A DNA stretch of 29,685 nt from a virus. Lineage: Duplodnaviria > Caudoviricetes. Below the pieces are notes generated by a model, which saw nothing but the letters and a program-made list of their open reading frames with translations, did not search any database and had not been told where the DNA came from. The number at the start of each line of letters is the position of its first letter. Position 1 is the first letter of the stretch. The translations under genes and the position numbers were made by a program. The stretch spans positions 1 to 29,685 of the IMG/VR virus record IMGVR_UViG_3300037461_000450; one strand, given 5' to 3'. Positions 25,284 to 29,685 of this stretch are shown piece by piece.

Positions 25284-25793
25284 TTGTTTGACAGCAAGCG
25301 GTTCCTGAAAACGAAGTTTGCCCCCCGGACGGAGGAGGTCCCCGTGCCCGACATGCGGGATTTCTTCACCGAGGGGCAGGATCCTGTCTGGAAAGTCAGG
25401 GGTTTGACAGGGCAAGAGTTAGGCCGGGCAAACGAGGCCACGGATCGCAACAAGACCATTGCCGCGATCCTCGAAGGGCTGGCAGGCGATGCGGCAAAGG
25501 AAAAGGCGGACGCGGTAAAGGAATTGATCGGCGTCGGCGGCACGACCCCCGCCGATGTTGCAAAGAGGCTTGAACACCTGGTCATCGGGAGCGTGGAGCC
25601 GAAATGCACACTGGATCTCGCCGTCCGTGTGTGTGAGGTCTTTCCCATAGAATTCTTCATCATCACGAACAAGATCATGGAGTTGACGGGGAAAGGCCAG
25701 TTGCCGGGAAAACAGCCGCCCTCTGGCGCAACGGGGAAGTCCGGGCCTGCCTTGCCCTCTGTTACGCGAGAGGGAGATTCCTCTATGAAGTGA
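25284..25793 (+). CDS. Tail assembly chaperone (gpG-like)
   Basis: AGGAGG RBS, TTG start, EEVPVP...WKVRGLTG.E motif, synteny. Confidence 0.8.
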   Translation: MFDSKRFLKTKFAPRTEEVPVPDMRDFFTEGQDPVWKVRGLTGQELGRANEATDRNKTIAAILEGLAGDAAKEKADAVKELIGVGGTTPADVAKRLEHLVIGSVEPKCTLDLAVRVCEVFPIEFFIITNKIMELTGKGQLPGKQPPSGATGKSGPALPSVTREGDSSMK

Positions 25794-25885
25794 GGCCCGA
25801 CCTGTTCCCGCAGGGGTATTTGACGGATACGGAGATCGCTCTATGGGAAAGATACTATGAGTCCATCAGCGCGAAGAGGAGATAG
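25284..25885 (+). CDS. Tail assembly chaperone frameshift product (gpGT-like), -1 shift at 25706-25712
   Basis: In-frame G GGA AAA; -1 frame open to TAG 25883-25885, 6 nt before the tape measure start. Confidence 0.8.
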
Positions 25886-25891
25886 TCCACA

Positions 25892-28636
25892 GTGGCCGAC
25901 ATAAAAAAGACAGTTGACATCATCTTCGGCGCGAAGTCCGAAATGTCGCAGGCCATCAGCGACGTGGAGCGCTCGTTTGTAAAGCTCGACAACCAGGCAA
26001 AGCTGCTGACGGATCCATTCGCGAAGATGGGCGAAGGCGTCCTGAAGCTGGACGCGGCCCTTGCCGCGATGGTTGTCGGGGGTATGGCGCTGGCGATCCG
26101 CGAGGCCGGGAAGTTCGGCGGCTCATTTGCGGAAATTACGACGCTGATCGGGGATACGGGCGCGCCGATAGATAAGTTTCGCAAGGATATTCTCAATTAC
26201 TCCGCAGATTCAGTCAAGTCCATCGACGAAATAAACAAGGCCATCTACGCCTCCATATCCGCGGGCGTGGATTATACCCAGTCAGTCGAATTTGTGGCGG
26301 CGGCGGAAAAGCTGTCTGTCGCCGGCAAGTCTGACCTGGGGGCGACCACGAAAGCCCTGATCTCTACCCTCAATGCATACGGCGAAGGCACGGACAAGGC
26401 GACAAAATACTCCGATATCATGTTCACCACGGTCCGCCTTGGGCAGACCACCATGGAAGAGCTGTCTATGCAGCTCGCAAAGGTCACGGGACTGGCGGCC
26501 AACTCCGGGGTACCGTTTGAGACCCTTTCTGCAGCGATAGCGGCGCTGACCGTCGCTGGTCTCCCGACGGAGCAAGCCCTGACGGGGATCAAGGCGGCGC
26601 TGCAGAACATCATCAAACCCACGTCGCAATCGGCGGAAATGGCAGCGTCCCTCGGCATCCAGTTCAACGCGGCGGCCCTGCAGACGAAAGGATTCGAGGG
26701 CGTCCTGTGGGATGCCTGGAAAGCCACGGGGGGCAGCACGGAGAAAATGGCGCAGTTGTTCGGATCTGTGGAGGCCTTGAACGCGGTGTTGGTACTCGCA
26801 TCGGACAAAACAGGCAAGTTCAGGGATTCCCTGGCCGAGATGAATAACGCCGCCGGCGCGACGGAAACGGCCTACAAGAAAGTCGCCGATGCATTTGAGA
26901 ACGTCAACACCCGGCTGGTCAACGCCGCGAAGGTAGCCCTTGTTGAAATAGGCGACAGGCTCATGCCTTCCTATTCAGGGCTGGCGGCGGGCATGTCCGA
27001 TATGTTCAAGGGGATCAAGATTGCGCTGGATCAGGGCGCATTCGATGAAGTGTTCCGGGTATTTGACCAGTTTGGGAAGCAATTAAGCGCCGCCCTGAAG
27101 TCCATTGCCCAAACGATGCCGGAGGCATTGCGGGGGGTTGATTTCAAGGAGCTGGCGGAGGCAATGCGGAGCGCGGGGAACGCCATCGCGGACGCCTTCA
27201 GCGCCGGCACGACGGCTGATATGACAGAGGCCATACAGGACATCGTTGATTCTGTGGCCTCTTTGATCAGCATCACGAAGGGCATCGTCGAGGTATTTGT
27301 GCCGATTATATCAACGGTGCGGGAGGCGGTGCAGGCCTTTAACAATCTGGATGCCTCGACAAAGGAGCTGCTGGGCAACCTCATGGGGTTCAGCCTGGCA
27401 TACAAGCTGCTCGGCCCATGGAGCATCGCGCTGATTGCCCTCGGAACGGATGCAGAAGCGACGGGCAAAATCTTTGCCTTCATGTCCGCCGCGATTGAAA
27501 ACGGGATCAATGCGGTCAAGGTGGCCGTCCTGTCCCTTGCGATGATCTTTGCGCAGGCGGCGCAGGCAGCGGCGGAGATGCTCGATTACATCCCGGGATA
27601 TGACGCGTCGGAGGATATCCGGCGGACGACAGAGCGCGTCCAGATCCTCGGCACGGAACTAAACAAGGCGCAGGACGCCCTGGCCACGTCGTCAGACAAG
27701 GTGTGGTCATCACTCGACGGGACCGGCGCCGCGGCGGACGTTGCCACGGGGAAAGTCAAAGACCTCGGCAAGGAAGCCGGGAAGATCACCGGGGAGAAGC
27801 CTTTAGTCATTGCGCCGAAGCTCGACCCTTTATCCACCTCAGAAACGCAGTGGAAAATCACCCAGGCGTTCATGGAAGGCGACATGAACCGCGTGAAGAT
27901 CCTGCTTGCGCTCGGAGAGGCGGAGGCAAAAGAGGCAAAAGAGAAGCTGAGGGAGGTCGCGCCAGAGAAAAAGACCGTCAGCATCGAAGTGCAGGCCGAC
28001 GGCACGAAGATCGAAACGACGAAAGATATGATCTACAAGACCTTCCCGGACGGGCAGGTCCTGATAACCAACATCGGTACGAAGGCGGATGAGGCCCGGC
28101 TTGCGGCAACGAAGGCAAATCTCGACGAGGCCATCCCGAAGGAAAAGCTGGTCGAGATCCAGGCCAAAATCGACGAAACGAAAATCAAGGAACAGTCCGC
28201 AATCATCCAGAAATCAATCGAGTGGAAGGCGAAGCTCGACATCGCAAACGTGGAGGCGCAAGCGCAGAAGGTCGTGGCCGCATTCAAGTCCATCGACAAT
28301 ACAATCACCAGCACAGGCACGACACTTTCATCCATAACTTCAAGTTTCACTAATATGGCGATTAGCGGAACCAGCACAGGAACGGGCTTTCTCGAATCAA
28401 TAATGCGGGATGAGAACAACAGGCGCTCTGAGGCGCTGGATATGCAGAAGAAATTAACAGATGCCGAGGTTGACAACATTAAAGCCCGGACGGAGGCAAT
28501 GAAAAGGGGCGATAGCATGATAACCATAAACGGTGCCGGCCTTCAGCCGCACTTGGAGGCATTCATGTTTGAAATCCTCGCTGCGATTCAGGTCCGCGCA
28601 AACGCCGAAGGGCAGAAATTTCTGGTGGGATTATGA
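25892..28636 (+). CDS. Tail tape measure protein (TP901-like core)
   Basis: 914 aa, helical, Ala-rich; YASISAG, TVRLGQTT.EEL, LFGSVEA motifs. Confidence 0.92.
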   Translation: MADIKKTVDIIFGAKSEMSQAISDVERSFVKLDNQAKLLTDPFAKMGEGVLKLDAALAAMVVGGMALAIREAGKFGGSFAEITTLIGDTGAPIDKFRKDILNYSADSVKSIDEINKAIYASISAGVDYTQSVEFVAAAEKLSVAGKSDLGATTKALISTLNAYGEGTDKATKYSDIMFTTVRLGQTTMEELSMQLAKVTGLAANSGVPFETLSAAIAALTVAGLPTEQALTGIKAALQNIIKPTSQSAEMAASLGIQFNAAALQTKGFEGVLWDAWKATGGSTEKMAQLFGSVEALNAVLVLASDKTGKFRDSLAEMNNAAGATETAYKKVADAFENVNTRLVNAAKVALVEIGDRLMPSYSGLAAGMSDMFKGIKIALDQGAFDEVFRVFDQFGKQLSAALKSIAQTMPEALRGVDFKELAEAMRSAGNAIADAFSAGTTADMTEAIQDIVDSVASLISITKGIVEVFVPIISTVREAVQAFNNLDASTKELLGNLMGFSLAYKLLGPWSIALIALGTDAEATGKIFAFMSAAIENGINAVKVAVLSLAMIFAQAAQAAAEMLDYIPGYDASEDIRRTTERVQILGTELNKAQDALATSSDKVWSSLDGTGAAADVATGKVKDLGKEAGKITGEKPLVIAPKLDPLSTSETQWKITQAFMEGDMNRVKILLALGEAEAKEAKEKLREVAPEKKTVSIEVQADGTKIETTKDMIYKTFPDGQVLITNIGTKADEARLAATKANLDEAIPKEKLVEIQAKIDETKIKEQSAIIQKSIEWKAKLDIANVEAQAQKVVAAFKSIDNTITSTGTTLSSITSSFTNMAISGTSTGTGFLESIMRDENNRRSEALDMQKKLTDAEVDNIKARTEAMKRGDSMITINGAGLQPHLEAFMFEILAAIQVRANAEGQKFLVGL

Positions 28637-28989
28637 TTGGCATATCAGCAAAAGTTTTTGACCTCGACGGGGCGCGGATATACGACACAAATCGCAGCAC
28701 GGACATGCAGAACAGGGGCGGCAGCAGACGGGCCAGTCGCGTTGCGACGCTGGACGGCGGCGTGTCCGTGTATGACATGGGCTATGCAGACTCCGACAGG
28801 GACATCACCGTTGAAGTGAACAATCCGTCCATCGAAGCCATCGAGTTTGCGGAGTATATCACGCGCACCTATACCGAGGTGACCGTGACCATCGAAGATG
28901 GGGCTTATAGCGTGGTGCCGGAGTCCCATCGGTTGAACGCAGCCGGGGCGCTGCTGCTGACGTTAAGAGTAACGGAAAAACTTTCATAG
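28633..28989 (+). CDS. Putative distal tail / tail-tip protein
   Basis: ATGA-coupled to tape measure; RRASRVATLDGG..D.G..DR motif. Confidence 0.6.
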   Translation: MIGISAKVFDLDGARIYDTNRSTDMQNRGGSRRASRVATLDGGVSVYDMGYADSDRDITVEVNNPSIEAIEFAEYITRTYTEVTVTIEDGAYSVVPESHRLNAAGALLLTLRVTEKLS

Positions 28990-28998
28990 GGGGACGAC

Positions 28999-29472
28999 AT
29001 GGCAGCATCTATGACATTTTACAGCAGTTTTTATAAGTATGTGCTGGACGGGACAATCAATCTCGCCTCGGACACGATAAAGCTGGCGCTCGTGACGAGT
29101 GCTTATACGCCGTCTGTGGCTCATGATGTCCTCGCTGATGTCAATTCAAGCCCCGACCCGGAGGTAGAGCAGGTGGCTTCCCCGGATAACGGATACACGA
29201 CAGGCGGGGAAGAAGTGACGGGGGTAAGCGTCACCCATACCGATTCGCCGTCGCAGGCAACCCTTGACGCCGATGATGTTGAGTGGACGGCCCTGACTGC
29301 CACGTTCCGGTATGGCATCCTGTATGCCGAAAAGTCTGTGGGTTCCCCGGCGATTGTCAACCCGCTGATTGCCTACATCCTCTATGATACCGAGCCGGAA
29401 GATGTGGTCGTGAACGGCGTCGATTGGAAAACGAAGTGGTCGCCGAATGGCATCCTGACCGTTTCAGAGTAG
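28999..29472 (+). CDS. Putative minor tail structural protein (157 aa)
   Basis: DTIKLALVTSAYTP, GYTTGG, DADDVEW, PLIAYI pattern common in phage tail regions. Confidence 0.7.
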   Translation: MAASMTFYSSFYKYVLDGTINLASDTIKLALVTSAYTPSVAHDVLADVNSSPDPEVEQVASPDNGYTTGGEEVTGVSVTHTDSPSQATLDADDVEWTALTATFRYGILYAEKSVGSPAIVNPLIAYILYDTEPEDVVVNGVDWKTKWSPNGILTVSE

Positions 29473-29479
29473 GGCTGAT

Positions 29480-29685
29480 ATGGCTTCAATCCTTGTCTTG
29501 AATTTTAATGGTGAGAACGGCGCGACGGAATATCTCGAAGAAGTATCCGGCCGTGAACCCACCGTGAATGAGAAGTGCGAAATAAGCACGGCATGGTCGA
29601 AGTTTGGCAGCGGCTCCCTGTTGATGCAATACGACGGTGGAAACGGGGCGCTCAATTATGAGCTACCAGCAACCGTCGGGGACGT
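29480..29685 (+). CDS. Tail fibre/receptor-binding protein N-terminus, LamG/concanavalin-like (partial)
   Basis: MASILVLNFNGENGAT...ISTAWSKFGSGS; frame open to window end. Confidence 0.6.
   Translation, partial: MASILVLNFNGENGATEYLEEVSGREPTVNEKCEISTAWSKFGSGSLLMQYDGGNGALNYELPATVGD

Noticed and set aside
25689-25695. GGGAAAG as the lambda-type slippery site
   Set aside because: Out of phase with the chaperone frame (read GGG AAA G); the in-phase heptamer is at 25706-25712

Overview
One continuous + strand segment of a temperate, long-tailed phage or prophage with a lambda-like head module. The window runs through small early genes (1-4.4 kb), a split P4-alpha-like replication module (SF3/D5-type helicase, AT-rich putative origin, Zn-ribbon/TOPRIM primase), a Gp37/Gp68-like protein, terminase subunits separated by an AT-rich insert, then gpW, portal, protease-capsid fusion, decoration and neck genes, tail tube, frameshifted chaperone, tape measure and the first tail-tip genes. 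The most striking features are: (1) a seven-gene, translationally coupled sugar-transfer and modification cassette between the tail terminator and tail tube genes; (2) strong enrichment of Ser-Pro motifs in predicted surface-exposed virion proteins, which together with (1) suggests phage-encoded virion O-glycosylation; (3) two tRNA-shaped RNAs with no usable anticodon arm, one with an apparent compensatory C19-G56 swap; (4) a lambda-like cosQ/cosN signature about 5 kb upstream of the terminase genes; (5) an 11-bp phased repeat array before the late promoter, next to a small Xis/MerR-like gene. All family assignments come from motif recognition by eye; no database search or folding program was run. 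The host cannot be determined from this window.
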